DNA of 60,097 bases, counting the filler, from Squatina squatina (Eukaryota): the NCBI GenBank assembly GCA_031763465.1. It is 3 parts of 3 records of this genome, joined end to end, with 100 filler letters (N's around TTAATTAATTAA, not from the genome) between each part and the next. Parts side by side here need not be neighbours in the genome. Positions count along the whole stretch, not along the records: positions 22,639 to 47,133 come from JARFOE010000219.1; 2 more parts are not named here. One strand, given 5' to 3'. Positions 23,196 to 35,838 of the stretch are shown here, in pieces. The position numbers and the translations under genes were made by a program. Each line of letters opens with the position of its first letter. The stretch's first letter is position 1. Under the pieces are notes generated by a model, which saw only the letters and a program-made list of their open reading frames with translations, did no database searches and had not been told where the DNA came from.

Positions 23196-26181
23196 CATAG
23201 CCTGTGGTTTCTAGCCTGACTATAATGAAATGGTTAAACAGTGAGGTGTTAGTACTGGACATTTCTCAGTAAATTGTAAAAAACACAATATTTATTGACA
23301 AGGTTTTGAATTTAGAGAACACTTGGACTTTCAGACCCTTTTCATTTTTAATTCTCTTTTAGGCTTTATTCAAATTCCTTTACATGCTCTGCAATCTGCA
23401 GAAAGCATAATTGTCATGGGATTTGTCATAATACAATTGTGGCGTTCTAATTTCAGCTTTTACTTATTACCATATGCAAATCAATTATTTTGCTTAAATT
23501 AAAAATACTATTCAGTGNNNNNNNNNNNNNNNNNNNNNNNNNNNNNNNNNNNNNNNNNNNNNNNNNNNNNNNNNNNNNNNNNNNNNNNNNNNNNNNNNNN
23601 NNNNNNNNNNNNNNNNNCAAGCAGAGGAAAATATTGCCAGTCACAAAGTTATTTTGTGTGATACATTTCTTAACACAATGTGATTTAATAATTAAAGTAG
23701 CATTGATCAAAAGACTTGTTCTATGAATATGGTATGTTTCATTATCAAGCCGGGAGGAGGGTCAGACCTGGGAGCACCATTCTGACAGTATTTTGCGTGA
23801 GTGAAAGCACCTCAGTAATTTACTGTCACTGGTATAATGATCTCTTCCTGGGAAAGAGGGATTAATTGATACTTTTTCTAAGTGCATTCTGGATCAATGC
23901 TTTAAGTGATAATTCATAAGCTGTATTATAGTTTTAACTTCACTGCAGTTGTGAAGCAGTGAAATTGCCACACAAACCCATGGAATAAAATTGTGAAAAT
24001 TTATAACAAGCACCTCCAGGATGGCACAAACTCCTACATGCCACCCTCATTATAAGGCTCTCAGCTATAACAATGTCCCAGTTATAATAAGTCTAGCAGG
24101 CCTTGGCTACTGACTTGTTCATGCTGTGTTATATGCAGTGTTAAAAGATCCTCACTCCAGTATGCACCTCATTACAGCACAGTGAGCACATGTCTCCGAA
24201 GGAGACTGTTCTAATGAGGGTGTAGCATATATTGGTATGCATGACTGGCCTCTTCCTTTTGTTCAATCACTGAAATGATGCATCTGCATGAAGTGAGTAG
24301 AGGGAGGAACCAATTGCAGTTCAATTTTTAAAAATCAATATTTTAACCAATCAAGTAAGAATCAAAAGAAGCATTTAGGTAGTGTCACAAGAACTGTATC
24401 ACAGTAACAGCTTTGAAATAAACACAATTGGTCACTCAACTAAATCCATATTAAAGGGGTATATTGCTAAAAATCTGCCCTATTCATTGCTGAGGGCAAT
24501 CACACTGTTCTCTCACAATGTGAGCAGCAACACTGATGCAGTGAAATTATCATGTCAGCAATTACATATTTGGGTAGCCTTTGTTTTCAGACCAAAAGAT
24601 ATTGTCCAAAAGCTTTGTGCCAAATGATAGATTTGGATTTTAAAGCTTGAACTAACATCCGAGCAATAGGTCAACACAAAATGATACTTGTCTCTTTAAG
24701 CGCAGTCACTACAAAAGTCTACTGGCCCTTTAAGAATCCCCAAGCAAATACAGTGTGCCAGTGAGAAAATAATCTTCTTGATTACTACCTATGACTTTTT
24801 AAATCTTCAAGCTAGCCACAAAGATCCTGTTCTGTCATTCACTTACTGTGCCCTTAGTTTGCTTAATCCATAGCTGCGGTCAATAGCATATTAATATTAC
24901 AGATTCATTTCAGGCTTAAGCATGTCTGAGCCAATTAAGCTGTCATGCTGAATTCACTGTGAGAACAAAATTATCTCTATACACACAGAAAAGGAAGAAA
25001 ATATTAAAGCAAATTGAGTGCTGATGAAATTAATCATAATCATTGTAAGTACTTTCAGCTGCCATCACCCAGTGGGAGATATAGTTTGACTATATCTCCA
25101 CACCGCTTCAGGCAGACCCTTGATATCCTTTCCACAGTTCCCACAGACATGGCTGAAAGTGCAACCGAGAAGTGCAGGCGTAAACGGCACTTGGGATATG
25201 GTGATTCTTGCATTTTGGGCACTGCATATACGGCTCCTCTTTATCTGTCTAACAGGAAAAATTCTAATTAACAAAAAAAAAGGCTATGCCATGGATTACT
25301 GGTGATACTATCTGAGGAGTATCATGTCAGCCAGTTAAATACTCAAGGACTTCATAACTCATACCAGTGCAATCATCGGTGTGTTATAATTAGGGCTTAA
25401 ATTGTCATGTTCCCAGGCTGATCTGATCTAGATCAACGTTGACATTCAACATGATATCTTCATAATTGAAGCCTTTACCATGCTACTTTATTCTGAAGAT
25501 TTATTCCCTTTTTTAAAGAAACTTATTTGATGTTAGAGCTGGGGGAAAAAGGATTGGTTTCCAATATTGAGCATCCAGCTCCAGCATCAATCTCCTACTC
25601 TACCCACCCATATCAGTAGCTCATGCCCTATTGCATATTACATTGTCTAATTCTGACACTAACCACTTCTGAGAATTGGCATCCGGTTTAGGGCAGTATT
25701 GTGCTGTGGGTTCACAGCCACAAGATAATGGGTTGACTCAATTCACAAAGGACCCTTACAGTCAACTAGAGAGGAATCTTCCATCATTCATTCATTTAAT
25801 AGGTGCTGGACAGGAATATAAACCAACCTGTACTCTCTAGATGTAAAGATGATGATAGATAGATGCTTTCCTTTTAGCTTTGCCCCTCCATTATCTACAA
25901 GGTGGAAGAACTGCAGAAGATAAATGGCATTTGTGTACCAGAAAGAGCCAATGTAATGAAATCATCCACAGAGTTTAATGCTAGAAAGATGAGCTTGGAG
26001 CGGAGTTCTCTGTGCCAGGAATGAGGGTTCTAGATGCAACATATGCTTATAGATTTATTAGAGGGAATGATACAGATAACGCGCATTCGTGATGTGAAGG
26101 TTGCAGGAGACCTAGCGTTGCAGTTGCTGAGCTCAGACTCAGGGTGATTAGTCCTTAGGTATTCCCTCCTATCTCTTATGA

Positions 26182-26782
26182 GTATCCAAGTTTGCTGACG
26201 ATACAAAGCTAGGTGAGAAAGTACGTTGAGGGGGATGCAAAGGGATATAGGAAGGTTAAGTGACTGGGCAAGAACATGGCAGATGGAATATAATGAGGTT
26301 ATGTACTTTGATAGGAAAATAGAAAAGCAGAATTTTTCTTTTTTAAATGGTGAGAGATTGAGAAATGTTGGTATTCAGAGAGACCTGGATGTCCTTGCAC
26401 ACGAATCACAATTAACATGCAGGTACAGCAAGCAATTAGGAAAGCAAATAGTATGTTGGCTTTTATTACAAAAGGATTGGGCTAAGAGTAAGTTTTAGTG
26501 CAATTCTATAGGGCCCCTTGGCGAGATTGTGTCCAGTTTTGGTCTCCTTACCTAAGGAAGGATATACTTGCCTTGGAGGGAGTGCAATGAATGTTCATTG
26601 GACTGATTCCTGGGATAGGGGAAATTGTCCTATGATGAGAGATTGAGTAGGCTAGGCCTATATTCCCTCGAGTTTAGAAGAATGAGAGGTGATCTCATTG
26701 AAACATATAAAAATTCTAAAGGGGCTTGACGGTAGCTGCAGGGTGGACATTTCCCCTGGCTGGGGGGGGGGTTTAGAACAGG
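26182..26782 (+). mobile_element. CR1 LINE ORF2 fragment (RT C-terminal part), degraded
   Basis: aagtttgctgacgatacaaagctaggt (KFADDTKLG); QRDIGRLSDWARTWQMEYN; agaagaatgagaggtgatctcattgaaac (RRMRGDLIE). Confidence 0.92.
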
Positions 26783-29061
26783 NNNNNNNNNNNNNNNNNN
26801 NNNNNNNNNNNNNNNNNNNNNNNNNNNNNNNNNNNNNNNNNNNNNNNNNNNNNNNNNNNNNNNNNNNNNNNNNNNNNNNNNNGGGTTTTATCTGTTGATA
26901 GTTCTCTGAACTCTTTTTATGGTGTCGAGGTCACTTCAGTCGCTATAAAGTCTGCTCCATTTGTCAAACATTTGTAAATATAACACTTGTAATATTTTTC
27001 CTGCTACTGTAAAATCAAATTAATTTTACCTTCCTGGTTTGGAGGTCATTGTAACCAGCACAAGGGTACAAACTATGCACCAGATTGTCAGTGCTTAATT
27101 TCAAACAGTGTAGAATTATTATAGAATCAATTATCAAATCAAGAATAAGTGATTTGTTTCTTTGTCTAATGATCTGAATAAATTAGAATTTTAAATTTGT
27201 TGTTAAATCCTAATGATTCTACTAGAAATTAGTGACTGCAATCCAGCCAGTCAAAGCCTTAATGATCCATATGTGAATTAATAAATTCACTTCCTTCAGA
27301 TGCCAGTAGGAACTGAAGAAAATTGTGGTTTGAATTTAATTACAGGATTGAGGAGTAAAGCAGCCATAAAGTGATAAAAAGTTTTCTGTTCTTATCAACA
27401 TAACAAAATAAAGGAGAAATATTGTATGGTGACAATTTCTTGCTGTTGGATGGTCTTGCTGCCATGGTAATTTGTGACTTATGCATTTTTAATACAAAAA
27501 GCAATACGTTTTTGTTTTCAGGCTTCTCCCACATATACTGAGCAGTTCAAAGGTCACAGATTGTGGGAATCATAGATTAACAGTCTGATTTGTTGGATAA
27601 TCTAGTGGCAGATTTCAGCAATGGGACCTGTTTTATACCCAAGGCCAGTTGTTATTAAATTCCAACCCAGCTATAGGTCACAGAATGTCAAGACTAATAT
27701 AGACTATTGGTTTCCAGAACAAATGTGATAAATTATAAATCCTTTCACATTATTTCCTTCTTATTTAGGATGTAATGTGTTAAATTTTGAAACCTTGTAA
27801 AATACAGTTAAAGGGAGGGGTCACTGTCTATTTGCCAGTCAATGGTTTTTAATTCTTTAGTTTCTGACCAAAAATATTGGACAAATGTTAAATTCAAGTT
27901 TGGTTTATAAACTATAATTAGTATGGATTTTATATTGTAAAGGCATGATGTTAGTATTATCAGCAAAAATTATAATAATCAAGCTCTACATTGAATGGTA
28001 AAGTGCACATTTTATAAAATCTCTCTGAACATTTTTCAGAACAGACATCAGCAAGAAATCTGGTGATGTGTTGTATTGGGGTATCAATGCACTGTAAGCG
28101 ATGAGTTTCTGATTTCACTTGGACTGCCTGAGGACGAGCTGAGCAGCAGCCAAAAACTTCCCAAAGGACAAGAGCAAAAACTGGACAAGTCATGCTGGGG
28201 CCCTGCTGAAAATCTGAGAAGCTGGGTGTGAAGCTGCATTAATAATGTGCAAGCACGTGGCACAGGGAAACCAAAAGAACTAACAAAGAATGAAGAAAGA
28301 CAATGACCAGTAATATTTCTCAGAAAAACAAAACTAAAATTCGATATATGGGGTAATTAAACAATAGGGAGAAAAGGGAAGGGGAGCTCGTTTGAGCTGT
28401 TTACAAACACAAGCTGTCACGCAAAAACAGCTGCTCTGTTAAGATTTTGAGAAGCAAGTAAGTGTTAATCCTGTTGCATTGAATAGGGCCCAAACCCCAC
28501 AGTTTAGCTTAAATTGAACGTGTTTTGGAGCAAAAAGAGTACAATTTAATCCTTGTAGAATAGGGCTTCAGTTGACAGATTTCACACTCTGATTACTTTC
28601 ATTTTTCAGTTTCATTGCTTAATTCTCCATTTATCGGGTTGAATGCTCCTTAACTTTGGGGATTAGATGGAAATGATATTGAGGTGTCAGTGGAACTCAG
28701 AACTGATTTCGCACTACACTGACTGGTTAAATCTCATCTTGAGGGTCAGCTATCGGGTAGCAACCAATAATCTCTGCTAACTGAGAGATAACATTATATT
28801 ACATACTTAATATCACCATTTTATCTGTGATTGAGAATAAAACGTTAGCAGTGTTAGCTATCACACTATTGGATTCAGAGGATTTAGTCTTGAAAGGTTT
28901 ATTAAATGTTGCCATGCTGACTCAAACAGTTATCTCTTACAGCAGGTTGTTAAACTAGCACNNNNNNNNNNNNNNNNNNNNNNNNNNNNNNNNNNNNNNN
29001 NNNNNNNNNNNNNNNNNNNNNNNNNNNNNNNNNNNNNNNNNNNNNNNNNNNNNNNNNNNNN

Positions 29062-29385
29062 CATAATGTAGGAAACGCAGCAGCCAATTTGTGCACAGCA
29101 AGATCCCTCAAACAGCAATGTGATAATAACCAGCTAATCTTTTCTTAGTGATGTTGGTTGAGAGATAAGTATAGGCCAGGACTCCACTGCTCTTCTTCGA
29201 AAGAGCACCATGGGATTTTTTATGTCCACCTGAGCGGGTCTCGGTTTAACATCTCATCCGAAAGACGCCACCTCCAACAGTGCAGTACTCCCTCAGTACT
29301 ACATTGCAGTGTCAGCCTCGATTATGCGCTCAAGTCTCTGGAGTGTGACTTGGATCTACAACATTCTGACTCGAAGGTGAGAGAA
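29062..29385 (-). mobile_element. SacSINE1-like SINE, partial
   Basis: Colinear with 33570-33895 (aatgtaggaaacgcagcagccaatttgtgcacagcaag; ggtttaacatctcatccgaaagac). Confidence 0.85.
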
Positions 29386-30747
29386 ATATTGGAGAAAATC
29401 AGCACTGAAACATAAACCCTCACAGAGTATTCTTTTGTATATTATCTCAGTTTGCATTAAAACTAACATCAAAAAATTAATTTATAATCATTAAGCATGA
29501 TCAGTAATGCAGTGGTATTAGCATTTCACAATCACATTGCTGTCCTCTCTTCTCTTTACTAAACATCTTGTAAGACAAGTAACCAGATGCAAGTGCCCCT
29601 TTAATACGGAAGTGTTACACAGACAGATGGACAGGGACAGCTTAGGATTGAGTGATTTCAGGCCTCACTAAGAATTAAATCCCCTAGAGGAGCTGGCAAT
29701 CGAAGGGTGGGTTGAGCATACAAAATCAAAAGTTGAATGAATATATAAAAAAGGAATATGAAGCTGTAAGTGCATGTAAGCCAATATTACAGTGGCATAA
29801 AAGTTCCTGTTTGACTTCTTCATTTCCCTGAATGCTTATTTCCTGGCACCCCGAGTCCTGTTTAGATGGGAATGTGTGTGCACTTTGCTCATTTGCCCTA
29901 TGCAAAGCTATGAACAATGCTAATTGACAAGTCTGTACAAAGTCTGCCACACAGTCAGTAAGGTGCGCATATGCCACTGCGGACTTCACAATAATGATCC
30001 ACAGTTTTCCACTCAAAATAGCTTCCATATGATTTCAGGTGCAAAAGCAAATAACCAGGAACAGCAAGCAATCATTTATCCCTTTGGCTTTTTAAGCAGT
30101 CACAAATGTATTAAAGGAACAACCCCCTACCCACAATCCCTGGCCACTTCCATTGAAATATTCAACGCTGGCAAGTATAAAACTAATCTGCACTTTATAT
30201 CTTCAGTTCCTCTGAAACAGATAGCCCTTGATACTAAACACAAACTGTCCCATCTTGGTGGATAATGCACCCACCAATATAAAAAAAAAATACATTTTAT
30301 TTCATTTTTCACTTCAATCATGGTGAAAATGAATTAAATCCAGATGATAAAGCAGTAAATGTTTTATACCGGCTGCCGCCAGTAATTTCTGTAGCCCTCT
30401 GACAGTGATTCGTCTCCAGCTGAGGTCTCAGCGCTGCAAAGGCTAAGATTTTGCAGATGAATTATGGCACCAACCGGCTACAGCATCCCTTTAGCAGTCA
30501 AACTGTTTTGAAATCTTAGGCTTGGCAGCACTACGTGCTGCCTATAGTGGAGGTGGGGGTTGTTCATCTTGAGAAAAAAAACTGAGAAAGTTATTGATGA
30601 CTTTATCTGGTTGAAATACTAAAAATTCATCACTTATGCTGTTATGNNNNNNNNNNNNNNNNNNNNNNNNNNNNNNNNNNNNNNNNNNNNNNNNNNNNNN
30701 NNNNNNNNNNNNNNNNNNNNNNNNNNNNNNNNNNNNNNNNNNNNNNA

Positions 30748-31122
30748 ACATAAAAAATTCTTACAGGGCTCAACAGGGTAGATGCAAGGAGGATGTTTCC
30801 CCTAGCTGGGGAATCTAGAACGAGGGGTCACAGTCTCAGAATAAGGGGTCGGTTATTTGCGACTGAGATGAGGAGAAATTCTTCACTCAGAGGGTAGTGA
30901 ATCTTTGGAATTCTCCACCCCAGAGGGCTGAGGAGGCTCAGTCCTGGAGTACATTCAAAACAGAGATTGATAGATTTCTAGGTATTAAAGTCGTCAAGGG
31001 ATATGGGTATGGTGCAGGAAATTTACATTGAGGTAGAAGATCAGCCATGATCTTGTTGAATGGCGGAGCAGGCTCGAGGGGCCTAATGGCCTGCTCCTAT
31101 TTCCTTTTTCTTATGTTCTTAT
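30748..31122 (+). mobile_element. CR1 LINE 3' end
   Basis: gagatgaggagaaatttcttcactcagagggt...tggaattctc; 3' UTR gatcagccatgatc...ggagcaggctcgagggg; tail ttcttatgttctt. Confidence 0.92.
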
Positions 31123-33475
31123 CTGAAATACGACACTCGTGACAATGCAGTGCTCCCTCAGTACGGCACTGAAGTAGCAGTGTCGATTACGTGCTCAATT
31201 TCAAACCCATACCTCCTGATTCAGGGGTGAGAATACTACCAATTAGTTAAGGCTGACACCAGGAGTTTATTGGACAAATTTCCCAATATTCTGCCTGGAG
31301 ATGGCACTACTGGTTATACTGTGACCACTCTTCACTCTGCATGTTGTCTGGAGCATCTCCCCAAGCCTCTTGCTGCTTCTGGTAGACAAGAGTTGTCAAC
31401 TATCCACCAGCACTCTCCTCAGCTGCCTTCTGAGTAATTGGTTCTGCCAGTGCTTGAATGACTAGCCTATGCAGCTTCAGACCTTTCTGAATTACATCAG
31501 CCCATCACTTCTCCAGGCCATGTCATGGACAACCATGCTGAAAAAAAAGCAGGATGGTGGAGGCCACTCATACACGCATAAGCACTCAGACACACACACA
31601 TATACACATAAATAAAAATATCTTAAATTCATGATTGATGGCCAAACAATTAAAGGATTATTTACTAATGTCCAATGGAGAGTTACTTGGTAGATACCAT
31701 CTGGCTAAAATTCCTTGCTAGGCACCAGAATTTCTGGCACTATGAGACAGGTGAATATCTGCGATGCATCCTGCCAACCCCATACCAATTAGGTGCCCTC
31801 ACCCTAACCCCCCAAACTCCAGTGGAGTCCGCATAGGAGGGCACCAGCAAGCANNNNNNNNNNTGGCATAACTGCCGGGATTGTGACCCATGCATTTTTG
31901 GGGCCAGTTTGTGTCCATTGACTATGTGTAGGCAAAAATCAAGCCCCATTCATACATAAGTAGTGTAGGGGTTAATACAACTCTTAATATTCCTAGGAGA
32001 TAAATTTGTTGGCAATTTGTTTGAGTATAAACTGAATGAAGTGTTGCATCTCTCCATATTACTTGAAGTAATATTCTTCATTCCTTGGTTCAAATGAAAT
32101 ATTCACATAATTTGTTAATGGAAATTCTTCGTGTCAAAGTCCATAAGTGTTCCTCACTCACCGATAGCTCCGTGCTGAGCCCAAGGCTCACACCAGTGCA
32201 GAGCAATAAAATGAAATGTATTAGACAAGCTATAACCATANNNNNNNNNNNNNNNNNNNNNNNNNNNNNNNNNNNNNNNNNNNNNNNNNNNNNNNNNNNN
32301 NNNNNNNNNNNNNNNNNNNNNNNNNNNNNNNNNNNNNNNNNNNNNNNNNNNNNNNNNNNNNNNNNNNNNNNNNNNNNNNNNNNNNNNNNNNNNNNNNNNN
32401 NNNNNNNNNNNNNNNNNNNNNNNNNNNNNNNNNNNNNNNNNNNNNNNNNNNNNNNNNNNNNNNNNNNNNNNNNNNNNNNNNNNNNNNNNNNNNNNNNNNN
32501 NNNNNNNNNNNNNNNNNNNNNNNNNNNNNNNNNNNNNNNNNNNNNNNNNNNNNNNNNNNNNNNGTTTGGTGGAGGTTTTGATCTCTTTGCTCCAAAAACA
32601 TAATGCCAGCTGATGGATGGCTTGTTCTAGTTAGTAATTCTGCCTATCTCTTTATGAGCTCTATTGCAATTTAGTGTTGTATTGTTCATTCAGAATACAG
32701 TAATTAAATTCTTTCCTACTTCATTACCCTTAGCTCAATGGATTTTCATATGTTTGCTTGAACAACAATATTCTACAGCTCAGAATCGACCAAGCATATG
32801 CTTATTTTTTTTTTGTTTAAAAAGATAGATTCATGCATAATTAAGATAGTTCTTTCATCTGACTACAAAGACTAGTATTTCAAAACTACAAATAATTCAC
32901 TCAGGAACATTAGAATTCAAGGCAGGGGTTCAAATTAACAGTAGCCGAAAGCGCCAAGCTACCAATACGTTAGCCAGGCTACTGGGACGCGAATAAAAAT
33001 ATTAAGGACACAAACGATAAGAGTTAATTTGGCTACTAGACCATACCATGTGGACAACCTCAATTGGGTATGAAATGGTCGCGCAGTATAAATGAGGCAA
33101 AATTAATCGATTTTAATAACATAAAGATCAGAGCTAATGCTGAAATCTTTTACTGTCTCAAGATCATTGAAGCTTTTCAAAGTAAGTGGGAATAATAAAA
33201 CAGATAAATATGCCCAATAGTAATAAATTGGCTCCAAAGCCAAATATTTTTGATACCACCTAATTTTATGATATGTAGCTTGCCAGTGAAAGCAGCTGAA
33301 TTTTCAGCACATAGCTTAGCACTTTAGCACTCAATTCAAGACCGGCCAGAGAAGCATCCCATGCTGATACTGGCATCTACAACGAATAAAAAGTTAAAAA
33401 AAACTGCAAATACTATAACACTGAAACAAAAACTGAAAATAGCAGCATCAGGAAATAAATAAGGAAGAAAAAGAA

Positions 33476-33920
33476 AGACTTGCATTTCTATGGCGCCTTT
33501 CACAACTACCAGACGTCCCAAAGCGCTTTACAGCCAACGAAGTACTTTTTGAAGTGCAGTCACTGTTGTAATGTAGGAAACACGGCAGCCAATTTGCGCA
33601 CAGCAAGCTCCCACAAACAGTAATATGATCGGATAATTTTTTGGGGGGGGCTGTTGGTTGAGGAATAAGTATTGGCCAGGACTCTTCTGCTGGACTTCTT
33701 TGAAATAATGCCATGGGATCTTTTACGTCCACCTGAGAGCAGACGTGTCCTTGGTTTAATGTCTCATCCAAAAGACGGCACCTCCAGCAGTGCAGCACTC
33801 CCTCAGCACTGCACTGGGGAGTGTCAGCAGAGATTTTTGTGCTCCAGTCACTGAAGTGAGACTTGAACCCACGACCTTCTGACTCCGAGCTGAGAGTGCT
33901 ACCAGTGAGCCACAGCTGAC
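33476..33920 (-). mobile_element. Near full-length tRNA-derived DeuSINE (SacSINE1-like) with L2-derived tail
   Basis: Minus strand head gtcagctgTGGCTCACTGGtagcactctc...GGTTCAAGTCtc (Pol III A and B boxes); conserved core; tail gcgccatagaaatgcaagtc similar to the L2 3' end. Confidence 0.85.
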
Positions 33921-34539
33921 ACTTTGAATTTACACATATTTACCCCCTTACTATCTTCCTGGCTTACAGACAGAGGTCAGAGCAGTGAGCAGCATCAGGA
34001 TTACATCTAACGTTTGTTAAAAATACCCTTCTAGTAGGAGGAATACAATATTTTTCATTACAACCCCCAGAGATTTCACCTTTTAGCTCTCCCCCTGCAC
34101 TGGGAGCGAATGCAAAGCCTCAGCCACCACAGACTGAAGCTTGACGAGTCAGCCTGAGTCAGGCTGTAGTTTCAATTCCAATCTGAAGGTGTACGAAGTG
34201 GGAAGGGTCAGTACCGGGAGTGCACTGAACACTTGACATTTCTGACTATCCTCCATCTGATTTCTGTATAATCAGTGGCAATGACTGTGCTTTGCCAATC
34301 CTGAGCGGTGTTTGATACTGTGTGTGTCTGTGTTTGGGCTGGGGGGAAGGGGTTAGTGACTGGCAGGTGCGGTTTCCTTACGTTTTGGAGCTCGTGTTGT
34401 CAGTGATCTGCTTGATAATCTGGCAATAAGTTTCATCCTTCATCACCTCGTGTTCCCCGCACAGCTACAAAAGACAGAACAAAGTCTCCAGCCTGTAACT
34501 CTAACCTCATCCATGAACCTGATGTCGCCTCCCAAATCA

Positions 34540-35838
34540 GTGCCCATTTTTCCCAGAAGTCCATGTTTTAATTCCTCCAGTCAGGTTTCGCCCCGCCACA
34601 GTACCGAAATGAGTCTTGTCAACATTACATCTGACTGTGGTAAACTATCCCTCCTTGTGCTTCTTGACTTGCCTGCCACCATTGACACGGTTGACCACAC
34701 CATCCTCCTCCAATTCCTCTCCTGTCATCCATCTGGGTGGGACAGCACTCGCCTGGTACCATTCTTATCTGTCCAGTTGTAGCCAGAGAATCACCTGCAA
34801 TGACTTCCTGTTCCCACACCATTACCTCTGGTATTCCCCAAGCATCCTTGGCCAACTCCTATTTTACCATTTGCATGCTGCTCCTCAGTGACATCTGAAA
34901 ACACGGCGTCAGTTTCCACATGTATGCTGATGACACCACCACCTCACTTGACCCCTCCTTCTCTGCCTCCTAAATTGTCAGACTGCTTGTCCGACATCCG
35001 GTACTGGATGTGCAAATATTTCCTCCAACTAAATATTGGGAAGGCTGAAGCCATTATCTTCAGTCCCCGTCACAAACTCTGTTCCCTCGCCACCGACTCC
35101 ATCCCTCTCCCTGGCAACTGTCTGAGGTTGAACCAGCTGGTTTGCAACCGTAGCGTTCTATTTGACCCTGAGATGAGCTTCTGACCACACATCTGCGCCA
35201 TCACTAAGACCTACTTCCATCTCCGTAGCACTGCCCGGCTCCGCTCCTGCCTCAGCTCATCTGCTGCTGAAACCCTCATCCGTGCCTTTGTTACCTCTAG
35301 ACTTGACTATTCCAATGCACTCCTGGCTTACCTCCCACATTCTACCCTACGTAAACTTGAGATCATCCAAAACTCGGCAGCCCGTGTCCTAACTCGCACC
35401 AAGTCCTGTTCACCGCCCCCTGTACTCGCTGACCTACATTGGCTCCTGATTCTAAGCAATGCCTCGATTTCAAAATTTTCATCCTTGTTTGTAAATCCCT
35501 CCATGGCCTCACCCCTTCCTATCTCTAATCTTTTTCAGCCTCACAACCCCCAGAGATGTCTGTGCTCCTCTAATTCTGCCCTCCTGAGTATCCCTGATTG
35601 TAATCGCTCAACCTTTGGTTGCCATGCCTTCACCTGCCTTGGTCCTCAGCTCTGGAACTCTTTTGCCGAAACCCCTCTAACCCTCTCTGCTCCTTAAAAC
35701 CTACCTCTTTGGCCAAGCTTTTTGGTCATCTGTAACTTCTTATGCGGCTCAGTGTCAAATTTTTGTTTTATAACGCTCCTGTGAAGTGCCTTGGAACGTT
35801 CTATGTTAACGATGCTATATAAATACAAGTTGCTGTTG
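34540..35838 (+). mobile_element. 5'-truncated L2 LINE (RT domain to 3' tail), frameshifted
   Basis: LLVLLDL...DTVDHTILL, ALAWYHSYLS, tatgctgatgacacc (YADDT), FLQLNIGKAEAI, tctagacttgactattccaatgca (SRLDYSNA); ends gctatataaatacaagttgctgtt, the tail shared with the local SINE. Confidence 0.92.

Noticed and set aside
33850-33920. tRNA gene
   Set aside because: The A and B boxes belong to a SINE head continuous with the SINE core; no complete cloverleaf is evident.
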